A stretch of DNA of 64,000 nucleotides from an uncultured Candidatus Rokubacteria bacterium (GTDB lineage: Bacteria; Methylomirabilota; Methylomirabilia; Rokubacteriales; CSP1-6), in contig CAVXJS010000021.1 in assembly GCA_963762145.1 (NCBI GenBank), positions 352,001-416,000 on the forward strand, in the 5' to 3' direction. Position numbers and translations under genes: made by a program. Shown here piece by piece: positions 1-8,798 of this stretch. Position 1 is the stretch's first letter. Every line of letters begins with the position of its first letter. Below the pieces are notes generated by a model that was not told where the DNA came from, did no database searches, and saw only the letters and a list, made by a program, of their open reading frames with translations.

Positions 1-495
1 GATCGGACACAGCAGATCCATCGCGCGGGTGGTCAGGTTGTCCGAGTCGTGCTCGAGGCGGATCCGCTCCATCGGGTAGAGCGGAGTCAGGTTGTCGAAG
101 AGCGTCTTGTCGCGCGCCTGCTCCGGCGTCTCGAAGTTGATCGCTTCGACCTTGAGCAGCGCGAAGTAGCGCTCGCTGTCCTTGGGCGGCCGCACCTGCC
201 CGGAGATCGTGTCCCCGGTGCGCAGATCGAAGCGGCGGATCTGCGAGGGCGAGACGTAGATGTCGTCGGGGCCCGGCAGGTAGTTGTAGTCCGGCGCGCG
301 GAGGAAGCCGAAGCCGTCGGGCAGCACCTCGAGCACGCCCTCCGCGAAGATGAGTCCGTCGCGCTCGGCCTGCCCCTGCAGGATCTTGAAGATCAGGTCC
401 TGCTTGCGAAGGCCGCTGGTGCCCTGGACGCCCAGCTCCTTGGCGACGTTGTTGAGATCGGTGATCGTCTTGTCCTTGAGCTCGGACAGGTTCAT
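1..495 (-). CDS. rho: Transcription termination factor Rho (5' part; runs off window edge)
   Basis: Manual translation: MNLSELKDKTITDL...GVLEVLPDGFGFLRAPDYNYLPGPDDIYVSPSQIRRF...ERYFALLKVEAINF; AGGAGG SD upstream of ATG at 495. Confidence 0.97.
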   Translation of the reverse strand, partial: MNLSELKDKTITDLNNVAKELGVQGTSGLRKQDLIFKILQGQAERDGLIFAEGVLEVLPDGFGFLRAPDYNYLPGPDDIYVSPSQIRRFDLRTGDTISGQVRPPKDSERYFALLKVEAINFETPEQARDKTLFDNLTPLYPMERIRLEHDSDNLTTRAMDLLCPI

Positions 496-688
496 CCGTT
501 TTCCTCCTGCACCGACCGGCCCGCTGGTCTCAGTGGGGACGGGCTGCTGCTCGGCGGGGACGGCGGACGGCGGCTTCGGCGAGGGACGCTTCGGGGTACG
601 TTCTGAAGAAGAGATGGTCGTCTCCGGCGGGTTGCGTGTGTGCGGGTGGTCTACTCTCTAGGAGGTTGGCTACCGTGCGTCGCGGACC

Positions 689-718
689 ACTGTCCCACAC
701 GGTTTCCGGCCCTGTCAA
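689..718 (-). promoter_or_regulatory. Putative sigma70 promoter for rho
   Basis: TTGACA-18nt-GACAGT with extended TG on minus strand. Confidence 0.55.
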
Positions 719-726
719 CCCCCGAT

Positions 727-1809
727 TTAGATGCGGATATCGATGATCGCGCGCTGTCTGATCTCCACGAGCCACTCCTTGAGCCGCGCGTCGTACTTCT
801 GGCGGTAGAGGATCTCGCGGATCTGGCCGCGGGCCTGCGCGAGCGAGTCCCCGGTGAGCGCGTCGCGCGAGTCGAGGCGGAAGATGTGATAGCCGATCTC
901 CGAGCGGAACGGCGTCGACGCTTCGCCCGGGGAGAGACGCAGGATCGCGTCCTCGATGTTCTGGGCCAGCTCGCCGCGCTTGAGATTGCCGAGAGAGCCG
1001 CCGTCCTTGCCGGACGGATCGTCCGAGTACTTCCGGGCGAGCTCGACGAAGTCCTGGCCCTCGAGGAGATACCCGTAGATCTCGTCGGCCCGGAGCCGCG
1101 CGACGGTCCATCCGTCCTCGCCCTTGAGCGGATCGGGCACCACCAGGATGTGCCGCGCCCCGAAGGTGAGCCCGGTCTCGAGCTTCTCGCGGTTCTCGGT
1201 GAGATAGCGGTCGATCTCCTGCTCGGTGACCGAGATGCGCAGGGCAACCTTGCGACGTATGATCCGCTGGACCATGAGCTGCTCGCGCAGCCGCTTCTTG
1301 ACGCCCTCCAGGGTGAGGCCCTGGGTCTTGATCATGGCTTCGAACTCGGCCTCGTCCTTGGACTTGAGCTTCTTCAGGATCTCCCCGAGCGCCTCGGTGA
1401 GCTCCGCGTCCTCGATCACCACCCGGTCCCGCTCCGCCTGCTGGAGCTGGATCCGGTTCTCGATCAGGGTCTGCAGGAGCTGCGTGCGCAACGCCCGGCG
1501 CGCGTCACCGTCGGTGGGCCGCTCCCGCGTCTCGGCCAGGTAGTAGAGCTCGGCCTCGTCCAGCTCGTACTGGGTGATCGCGTCGTTGTTCACGACGCAG
1601 ATCACGCGATCCACCACGTCCTCGGAGTCGTGGAGTTCCGCCCGCGAGGTCAGGATGGGGGCGGAGGCGGGCGGTGTCGCGACCGGTGCCTCCGCCGGCG
1701 CGGCCGGCTTGCTCTTGCCGATCAGCGGCATCCAGCTCGGGATCGAGCAGCCCGAGATCATCAAGGGAAAGACCAGCAAGGTCACCGCGGCGATGCCGCG
1801 CGGACTCAT
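727..1809 (-). CDS. SurA/PrsA-type peptidyl-prolyl isomerase, probable lipoprotein
   Basis: SurA N-terminal motif VVDRVICVVNNDAIT; parvulin motifs ARHILV, FVELARKYSDD, GGSLG, GYHIF; lipobox-like ISGC; follows mfd. Confidence 0.9.
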   Translation of the reverse strand: MSPRGIAAVTLLVFPLMISGCSIPSWMPLIGKSKPAAPAEAPVATPPASAPILTSRAELHDSEDVVDRVICVVNNDAITQYELDEAELYYLAETRERPTDGDARRALRTQLLQTLIENRIQLQQAERDRVVIEDAELTEALGEILKKLKSKDEAEFEAMIKTQGLTLEGVKKRLREQLMVQRIIRRKVALRISVTEQEIDRYLTENREKLETGLTFGARHILVVPDPLKGEDGWTVARLRADEIYGYLLEGQDFVELARKYSDDPSGKDGGSLGNLKRGELAQNIEDAILRLSPGEASTPFRSEIGYHIFRLDSRDALTGDSLAQARGQIREILYRQKYDARLKEWLVEIRQRAIIDIRI

Positions 1810-4800
1810 CGGAGGGAGTCCAGCAGCTTCGAGAGGGCGTCGCGCACCGCGGGCCAGGGCTCGGCGGGGATCCGCGCTTCCACCGTGTACTCCTTTCTCA
1901 GCTTGAGAGCGCCGCGGCTGGCCGCGATCGTCTTGAGCATCCGCTCCGGGGTGACCGGGGTCGACTGCGCGAACGTCAGCACCGCGCGTCCGCCCCCCGC
2001 CTCCACCCGCTCGATGCCGAGCCCGCGGGCGGCCACGCGCAGCCCTACCACGTCCAGCAGCCCCTCCACCGCGGGCGGCGGCGGTCCGTAACGATCGGCC
2101 AGCTCCGCGCGGGCATCGGCCACGTCCTCGGGCCGCTCGATCTCGGCCAGCCGCTTGTAGAGCGCCAGACGCTGATTCACCTCGGGGACGTACGCTTCGG
2201 GCAGGAGCGCCTCGACGTCCGCCGAGATCACCGGGTCGACGCGCTCGGCTGCTGTTTCGCCCTTCAAGTCTCTCACGGCCTCCGCGAGGAGCTTGCTATA
2301 AAGATCGAACCCGACCGCCGCGATGTGCCCGTGCTGGGCCGCCCCCAGCAGGTTCCCGGTGCCCCGGATCTCCAGATCTCGCATGGCCAGCCGCAGGCCT
2401 GCCCCCAGCTCGGTGGACTCCTCGATCACCCGGAGCCGGCGCTGGGCCGTCTCGTCCACCCTCCCGTCGGCGGGCACCAGGAGGTAGGCGTAGGCCTGTT
2501 GCCGCTCCCGCCCCACCCGTCCGCGGAGCTGGTAGAGCTGGGCCAGGCCGAACCGGTCGGCCCGGTTGATGATTATCGTGTTCGAGGCCGGGATGTCCAG
2601 GCCCGATTCCACGATGGCGGTGGACACCAGGACGTCGGCCTGGCCGTCCACGAACTTGACCATCACGCTCTCCAGCTCCCGCTCCGCCATCTGGCCGTGC
2701 CCCATCACCACCCGGGCCTCCGGGACCAGGCTCTTGATGAAGGTGGTCATCGAGGCGAGGGACTGGATGCGGTTGTGGACGAAGAAGACCTGCCCGCCCC
2801 GGTTGAGCTCCCGCTCGATCGCCTCCTTGATGACGCCGCGGCTGAACGCGGTGACCACCGTCTCCACCGGCAGGCGCTCGAGCGGCGGCGTCTCGATCAC
2901 CGACAGGTCGCGCACCCCCGAGAGCGCCATGTGCAGCGTGCGCGGGATCGGGGTGGCGGTGAGCGTCAGCACGTCCACCGAGGTGCGGAGCTGCTTGAGC
3001 CGCTCCTTGTGGGAGACCCCGAAGCGGTGCTCCTCGTCGACGACCAGGAGCCCGAGGTTCTTGAACGACACGTCCTTGGACAGGAGCCGGTGCGTGCCGA
3101 CGACCACGTCCACCGTGCCGGCGGCGAGCCCGGCCACCACCTGCTTCTGCTCCTTCGGGCTGCGGAAGCGCGACAGCAGCTCGACGCGCGCCGGGAACGG
3201 CCCGAAGCGCTCCACGAACGTGTTGTAGTGCTGCTGGGCCAGCACGGTGGTCGGCACGAGCACCGCGACCTGGCGGCCATCCGCCACCGCCTTGAACGCG
3301 GCGCGCAGCGCGACCTCGGTCTTGCCGTAGCCGACGTCGCCCGCCACCAGGCGGTCCATCGGCCGGCCGCCCACCATGTCGGTCTTCACGTCCTCGATGG
3401 CGCGGAGCTGGTCCGGCGTCTCCTCGAAGCGGAAGGCGGCCTCGAACTCGCCCTGCCAGGGGGTGTCGTCCGAGAAGTTCGGCCGCTCCGCGACCGAGCG
3501 GGTCGCGTAGAGCTTGAGCAGCGCCTCCGCCATGTCGCGCAGCGCGGCCCGCACCGATTCCTTCAGACGCTGCCACGCGCCGCCGCCGAGCCGGTCGAGA
3601 CGGGCCGAGCCCTCGGGCGCGCCCATGTACTTGGAGATGAGATCGAGCCGCTCGACGGGCAGGTAGAGCCGGCCCCCGTCGGCGTACTCCAGGAGCAGGA
3701 AGTCGGCGTCGTGTCCCTCGGAGGACAGCGTGCGCAGGCCGTGATAGCGGCCGATGCCGTGCTGCTCGTGCACCACCAGGTCGTTGGTGGCCAGGTCGTT
3801 GAACGAGGCGATGGCCGCGCCGCGCTGGAAGAGCGGGCGCCGCAGCCGGCGGCGCTGGGCCCCGAAGATCTCCTCCTCGCAGAGCACGATGAGGCCGACC
3901 GCGGGGATCTGGAAGCCCGCCGCGCACTCGCCCACGAGCACCCCGAGCCCTTCCTGACTCCAGAGCGTCACGTCGGGCCACGGCTCGAGATCGTGCTCGG
4001 CCAGCATCTGGCGCAGGCGCGCGCTCTGCCGCTCGTCGTCGACCACGAGGCGCACCGTGAACCCCTCGCCGCGCCAGGTGCGGATCTCGCCGGCCAGCGT
4101 CTTGAACTGGCCGCGGTAGCCGCCCACGCCCCGCGTGCCCATCGAGATCGAGCCCTCGCTGCGCTGGAGCAGCGGCAGCTCGAGACGCTGGAAGCGCTCG
4201 AGCACCGAGGCGAGCGGCGCCGCCGAGGGCGCGTCGTCGGGCGGCGCCTCCAGCAGCGCGGGATCCTCCAGTACCACCAGCGTCGCGGGCGGCAGATAGT
4301 CCACCAGGGTGACCGGCGCCGCGTCCTTCGAGCCGAGCGGCAGGACGGTCAGCTCGCGGAGCGGCGTGATCGAGCGCTGGGTGGTGGGATCGAAGACCCG
4401 CAGGGCCTCGACCTCGTCGCCCACGAACTCGGCGCGCACCGGCCGCTCGTGAGTGGGCGAGAAGATGTCCACGATGCCGCCGCGCACGCTCCACTGCCCG
4501 ACCTCCATCACCGTCTCGACGCGCTCGTAGCCGGCCGCCTGCAGCAGCTCGAGCAGGATCTCGCGATCGCTGCTCTCCCCTACCGTCAAGGTGAACGTGC
4601 GACGCTTGAAGGCGGACGGCGGGGGCACCGCCTCCGAGAGCCCCGAGGGCGTGGCCACGATCACCACCGCGTCGCCGTCGAGCAGGCGCCGGCAGCACAG
4701 GGCGCGCTCCGCGTCGGGCTCGCGGTGCCGGGTGCCGCGCCAGGAGGTCCCGGTGCCCGAGGGGAACTCGAGCACCCGCGCGTGCTCCCCGTCGTCCCCG

Positions 4801-5102
4801 CCCGCGGCGGGGCCGCCCGAGATCGAGGCGACGAAGAAGGCGGCGTCCTGCGCCATCCGGTGTCGCGGCGACGGGCCCGGCGTGAGCAGGAGGATCGGGC
4901 GGCCGGTGCGCTCCCGCAGCGCGGCCACCACCAGCGCTCGCGAGGAGCCCCAGAGCCCGTCGGCGCGGAGGCAGGGTGCTCCCTTGGCGAGGGCCGCGAG
5001 GAGCTCGTCGAGCGCGGCCCAGCGAGACAGGACGGAACCGGCGGGCACGGTCATCACGGACGACAGCACATCAGAGGTACCACCCGCGACGACCCCCGTC
5101 AA
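1806..5102 (-). CDS. mfd: Transcription-repair coupling factor
   Basis: UvrB-like N-terminus, CarD-like domain (VVHEQHGIGRY), GDVGYGKT, DEEHRFG, TATPIPRT, QLRGRVGR, TRCF C-terminus; exact start uncertain. Confidence 0.97.
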   Translation of the reverse strand: MTGVVAGGTSDVLSSVMTVPAGSVLSRWAALDELLAALAKGAPCLRADGLWGSSRALVVAALRERTGRPILLLTPGPSPRHRMAQDAAFFVASISGGPAAGGDDGEHARVLEFPSGTGTSWRGTRHREPDAERALCCRRLLDGDAVVIVATPSGLSEAVPPPSAFKRRTFTLTVGESSDREILLELLQAAGYERVETVMEVGQWSVRGGIVDIFSPTHERPVRAEFVGDEVEALRVFDPTTQRSITPLRELTVLPLGSKDAAPVTLVDYLPPATLVVLEDPALLEAPPDDAPSAAPLASVLERFQRLELPLLQRSEGSISMGTRGVGGYRGQFKTLAGEIRTWRGEGFTVRLVVDDERQSARLRQMLAEHDLEPWPDVTLWSQEGLGVLVGECAAGFQIPAVGLIVLCEEEIFGAQRRRLRRPLFQRGAAIASFNDLATNDLVVHEQHGIGRYHGLRTLSSEGHDADFLLLEYADGGRLYLPVERLDLISKYMGAPEGSARLDRLGGGAWQRLKESVRAALRDMAEALLKLYATRSVAERPNFSDDTPWQGEFEAAFRFEETPDQLRAIEDVKTDMVGGRPMDRLVAGDVGYGKTEVALRAAFKAVADGRQVAVLVPTTVLAQQHYNTFVERFGPFPARVELLSRFRSPKEQKQVVAGLAAGTVDVVVGTHRLLSKDVSFKNLGLLVVDEEHRFGVSHKERLKQLRTSVDVLTLTATPIPRTLHMALSGVRDLSVIETPPLERLPVETVVTAFSRGVIKEAIERELNRGGQVFFVHNRIQSLASMTTFIKSLVPEARVVMGHGQMAERELESVMVKFVDGQADVLVSTAIVESGLDIPASNTIIINRADRFGLAQLYQLRGRVGRERQQAYAYLLVPADGRVDETAQRRLRVIEESTELGAGLRLAMRDLEIRGTGNLLGAAQHGHIAAVGFDLYSKLLAEAVRDLKGETAAERVDPVISADVEALLPEAYVPEVNQRLALYKRLAEIERPEDVADARAELADRYGPPPPAVEGLLDVVGLRVAARGLGIERVEAGGGRAVLTFAQSTPVTPERMLKTIAASRGALKLRKEYTVEARIPAEPWPAVRDALSKLLDSLR

Positions 5103-5103
5103 A

Positions 5104-5760
5104 TTACCGGGAGCCCTGCGCGAGATAGAACGAGAGCGTCTCCAGCTCGATGGCCAGGTCCACGTTCTTGAGGCGGACGTCCTTGCCCGCCTTGATGCGT
5201 CCCGGCGCGAAGTTGAGAATGGTCTTGACCCCGGCCGCCACCAGCTTCTCGGTCACCACCTGGGCGGACTCCCCGGGCACCGCCACGATCGCGATCTGGA
5301 GATTCCGGGCCTTGGCCTCGCGCGGCAGATCCTCCATGGACTGGATCGCGACGCCGTCCACCGCCTTCCCCCACTTGGTCGGATCCTCGTCGAAGATCGT
5401 GGAGATCCGGAAGCCCTGCCGGGCGAATCCCTTGTAGTGGAAGAGCGCGGAGCCGAGATTGCCGAAGCCCACGAGCGCCACCTGCCACTCGCGGTCGAGC
5501 CCCAGGATGCGCTGCAGCTCCGCCTTGAGGCCGGAGACGTAGTAGCCGATGCCGCGCACCCCGAACTCGCCGAAGTAGGCGAGGTCCTTCCGGACCTGGG
5601 CCGAGTTGAGGCTGAAGCGCTCCGCCAGCTCCTGGGAGGAGATGGTCTTCACCCCATCCTCCTCCAGCTGCTGGAGACTCCGGGTGTACACGGAGAGGCG
5701 GCGCACCGTCATCTCCGGGATCCGGGGGATCTTGAACGGTGACCGTCGCGCCATGTTCAT
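5104..5760 (-). CDS. rex: Redox-sensing transcriptional repressor Rex
   Basis: RRLSVY...ISSQELA...QVRKDLAYFGEFGVRGIGY, GFGNLG, ILNFAP. Confidence 0.97.
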   Translation of the reverse strand: MNMARRSPFKIPRIPEMTVRRLSVYTRSLQQLEEDGVKTISSQELAERFSLNSAQVRKDLAYFGEFGVRGIGYYVSGLKAELQRILGLDREWQVALVGFGNLGSALFHYKGFARQGFRISTIFDEDPTKWGKAVDGVAIQSMEDLPREAKARNLQIAIVAVPGESAQVVTEKLVAAGVKTILNFAPGRIKAGKDVRLKNVDLAIELETLSFYLAQGSR

Positions 5761-5859
5761 TCCCGGGCGCTCACCGCGCCCGTCGGGGCCGCCTCGCGGG
5801 AATGCCCGCGTGCCGTCCCGGGGCGTGGCCCCGGGACGGTGCTTTCCAGTATGTCGTTG

Positions 5860-6183
5860 CTACGACTTGACGAAGAGCAGGATGACCGCGATGACGAACA
5901 CGAACAGCACGAGCGACTCGATGAAGGCCAGGCCGAGTAGCATCGCGGTCTGGATCCGGGCGATCGCGCCGGGCTGCCGCGCCATCGCGTCGACCGCCTG
6001 CCCGGCCGCACGGCCCTGACCGAGACCGCAGAGACCCGCGGCCAGGCCGAAGCCCAGGCCCGCGGCCAGCACCGCGAAGGCCTTGGCCAAGTCGTTGCCG
6101 CCCGCGGCGGCCGCCGCCTGCGCCCAGGCCATTCCCGGGACCGCCAGAATCGCCATCATGCTCATGGTCAGAATGCGTTGCAC
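5860..6183 (-). CDS. atpE: ATP synthase F0 subunit c
   Basis: GxGxAAGxxGLGQG, MARQP loop, FIESL carboxylate. Confidence 0.96.
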   Translation of the reverse strand: MQRILTMSMMAILAVPGMAWAQAAAAAGGNDLAKAFAVLAAGLGFGLAAGLCGLGQGRAAGQAVDAMARQPGAIARIQTAMLLGLAFIESLVLFVFVIAVILLFVKS

Positions 6184-6214
6184 GGCTCTCCTCCTTGTTG
6201 AGGGTGACTGCGAC

Positions 6215-6970
6215 CTAGTGATGCTCGGCTTCCTCGACCGCCGCCGCGATGTACAGCATGGCCAGCTTGCAGAAGATGAAGGTCTGGATGAAGGCCACCA
6301 GGATCTTCAGCGGGAACAGGAAGCCCACCACGAACACGACCATGATCAGCGCGGCGGGCGCTCCGATCACCAGACCCGCCGTCGAGCCGCGGAGGGCCCA
6401 GCCGAGCATCCCGTCGAAGCCCATCATGAAGAAGAAGATGGCGAGGAGGATGTGGCCGGCCATCATGTTGCCGAAGAGGCGGAGCGAGAGCGACAGCGGC
6501 CGGGCGCAGTGGCTGATGATCTCGATCACGAACATCAGGGGCTTCAGCACGGTGGGCACCGGCCCCGCGAAGTGCTTCATGTACGGGATGAAGCCCTGCT
6601 TGCGGACGCCGATCACGTGATAGGTCACGAACACGATCAGCGCGCACGCCGCGGTGGTGTTGAGGTTCGCGGTCGGCGCCACCAGCCCCGGCACGAGGCC
6701 CATCAGGTTCGAGACCAGGATGAAGAGGCCGAGGGTGGCGATCAGCGGCAGGTAGCGCCGCCCCCCGTGCCCGATCGTCTCGTCCAGCTCGTTCAAGAAC
6801 TGCTCGAGGACGATCTCCATGAAGTTCTGGCTGCCGGTCGGCACGAGCTGCACCCGGCGGGTGGCCACGAAGGCCACCACGACCAGGATGGCCATCGCGA
6901 TCCACGTATAGAGGATGTGGTCGGGGATGGCCGCGATGTGCAGGATCGGGGGGTGCTCGATCAGCTCCAT
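6215..6970 (-). CDS. atpB: ATP synthase F0 subunit a
   Basis: PTANLN, RPLSLSLRLFGNM, FIQTFIF. Confidence 0.97.
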   Translation of the reverse strand: MELIEHPPILHIAAIPDHILYTWIAMAILVVVAFVATRRVQLVPTGSQNFMEIVLEQFLNELDETIGHGGRRYLPLIATLGLFILVSNLMGLVPGLVAPTANLNTTAACALIVFVTYHVIGVRKQGFIPYMKHFAGPVPTVLKPLMFVIEIISHCARPLSLSLRLFGNMMAGHILLAIFFFMMGFDGMLGWALRGSTAGLVIGAPAALIMVVFVVGFLFPLKILVAFIQTFIFCKLAMLYIAAAVEEAEHH

Positions 6971-6971
6971 G

Positions 6972-7340
6972 TCAGGCGTTCCTCCGCGCGTCGAGCAGGC
7001 CCTGGACCAGCAGCACCGGGGGCAAGGCCGCGAGGCCGACCGCCACCGCCACCGGGTTCGCCCAGCCCTGCGCCACCAGCACCCCGAGCGCGCCGAACGT
7101 GAAGACCTGGCGCAGCCCCACGCGGCCGATGCGTCCCATCCCGGTGGAGCCTTCCGCGATCAGCGCGGTCGCGCGCCCCACGTCGCGGGCGAGCCAGCGG
7201 AAGTTGACGATGGCGATGCCGCCGCCGCCGCCCACGCCGGCCGCCGCGGGCACGCCGCCCAGCCACCACGCGCCCGCGGTCATGGCGGCCACCGTGACGG
7301 CTCCCGTCCAGGTGACGCGTGCGGCCAGATCAGCGGTCAT
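6972..7340 (-). CDS. atpI: ATP synthase subunit I (4-TM)
   Basis: Hydrophobic 122-aa ORF with NFRWL motif directly upstream of atpB. Confidence 0.75.
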   Translation of the reverse strand: MTADLAARVTWTGAVTVAAMTAGAWWLGGVPAAAGVGGGGGIAIVNFRWLARDVGRATALIAEGSTGMGRIGRVGLRQVFTFGALGVLVAQGWANPVAVAVGLAALPPVLLVQGLLDARRNA

Positions 7341-7566
7341 CGCGATTCGACTCGTTCAGTGTCTTGATTGTCCTGTAAAAGTTCACGCCCGCCGCCACGA
7401 TGCCCAGTGCGAGACCGATCAGCAAGAGCCACGGGCTCGTCCCGATGAAGCGATCCGCGAAGTAACCCGCCGCGAGCCCGACGGCCACGCATGCGAACAG
7501 CAGCGTGCCCAGATTGACGAGCTGTGCGGTCTGACTCCGCGACGGCCCCCTCTCCTCCGGAGCCAT
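7330..7566 (-). CDS. AtpZ/AtpI family 2-TM protein
   Basis: MAPEERG...GYFADRFIGTSPWLLLIGLALGIVAAGVNFY; first gene of atp operon. Confidence 0.88.
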   Translation of the reverse strand: MAPEERGPSRSQTAQLVNLGTLLFACVAVGLAAGYFADRFIGTSPWLLLIGLALGIVAAGVNFYRTIKTLNESNRDDR

Positions 7567-7717
7567 GTGAACAGGAACACTAGCACAGGCCTCCGGGACT
7601 GACAAGCATGCACAACTAGTCGATTCATATACACTATTTAACCAATCTCGTCCGTCGGTCAGGCACAAGCAAAGGAGCATTCGCCAATCAGCGGGGAGAC
7701 CTGGCACAGTCGAGAGC

Positions 7718-8698
7718 ATGGCGTGGGCTCCCGATCCAAACGCGCTGCGTGGTCGCGTGGCCGTCGTGGCGGGAGCGACCCGGGGTGCCGGACGCGGCAT
7801 CGCGGCGGCGCTGGGTGAGGCGGGCGCGACCGTCGTCTGCACCGGGCGCAGCAGCCGCACCGGATCGCTCCGGTCGGACTACGCCCGGGCCGAGACGATC
7901 GAGGAAACCGCCGAGCTCGTCACGCGCCTCGGCGGAACCGGCATCGCGGCCGCGGTCGACCATCTCGACCCCGATCAGGTGAACGATCTGGCCGAGCAGA
8001 TCCGGAGACGTCACGGCCACGTCGACGTGCTCGTCAACGACATCTGGGGGGCCGAGCTGCTCAAGGGCGGCCCGCCGCAATGGAACACGCCCATCTGGAA
8101 GCTCGACCTCGACAAGGGGCTCCGGATACTCCGCCTCGCCATCGACACCCACCTCATCACGTCCCATCACCTGCTCCCGCTCCTCATCGACCGGCCGGGC
8201 GGCCTGCTCGTCGAGGTGACCGACGGCACGACCGACTACAACGCCTCGCGCTACCGGATCTCGGTCTTCTACGACCTGGCCAAGGTCGCGGTCAACCGCC
8301 TGGCCTTCTCGGAGGGACACGAGCTGAAAGCCCACGGCGCGACCGCGGTCGCCATCACGCCGGGGTGGCTGCGATCGGAGATGATGCTCGAGAATTTCGG
8401 AGTCTCCGAGGAGAACTGGCGCGACGCCCTCGACCGGGCCGCTTCCGAGCGCGAACGCCGACCGGCGGCGCCGCCCGACTTCGCCCTCTCCGAATCGCCG
8501 CGGTACGTCGGGCGGGCCGTCGTCGCGCTGGCGTCGGATCCCGACCGGGCGAGATGGAACCAGCAATCGGTCAGCTCCGGCCGGCTCGCGCGCGAGTACG
8601 GGTTCTCCGACATCGACGGCTCCCGCCCCGACGTCTGGCGATACATCGAAGAAGTCCGCGAGCGCGGACTTCAGGCAGATCCCCGCGACTATCGGTGA
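7718..8698 (+). CDS. SDR family oxidoreductase
   Basis: VAGATRGAGRG, LVNDIWG, YDLAK catalytic motif, TPGWLRSE. Confidence 0.9.
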   Translation: MAWAPDPNALRGRVAVVAGATRGAGRGIAAALGEAGATVVCTGRSSRTGSLRSDYARAETIEETAELVTRLGGTGIAAAVDHLDPDQVNDLAEQIRRRHGHVDVLVNDIWGAELLKGGPPQWNTPIWKLDLDKGLRILRLAIDTHLITSHHLLPLLIDRPGGLLVEVTDGTTDYNASRYRISVFYDLAKVAVNRLAFSEGHELKAHGATAVAITPGWLRSEMMLENFGVSEENWRDALDRAASERERRPAAPPDFALSESPRYVGRAVVALASDPDRARWNQQSVSSGRLAREYGFSDIDGSRPDVWRYIEEVRERGLQADPRDYR

Positions 8699-8707
8699 CT
8701 CGCAGGA

Positions 8708-8796
8708 TGGGGTCAGGTCTTGCATTCCTACATTTTTCACGCGTGACGGAAATGCTCTGTCCACGCGGAAATGTAGGAATACAAGACCTGACCCCA
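8708..8796. repeat. REPIN/MITE-like palindromic element, family A copy 1
   Basis: 28-bp inverted arms TGGGGTCAGGTCTTGCATTCCTACATTT / AAATGTAGGAATACAAGACCTGACCCCA (1 mismatch), 33-nt spacer, between convergent stop codons. Confidence 0.85.
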
Positions 8797-8798
8797 AA

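Noticed and set aside
1674-5171. Very long antisense or alternate-frame ORFs (1165 aa here; also 28317-31409, 37719-40157, 45409-47877)
   Set aside because: Shadow ORFs expected in high-GC DNA; they overlap well-supported genes and are Arg/Ala/Gly-rich without family motifs
7598-7615. Possible Rex operator upstream of the atp-rex operon (TTGTGCATGCTTGTCAGT on minus strand)
   Set aside because: Only the left half resembles TTGTGAA-N4-TTCACAA; the right half does not match
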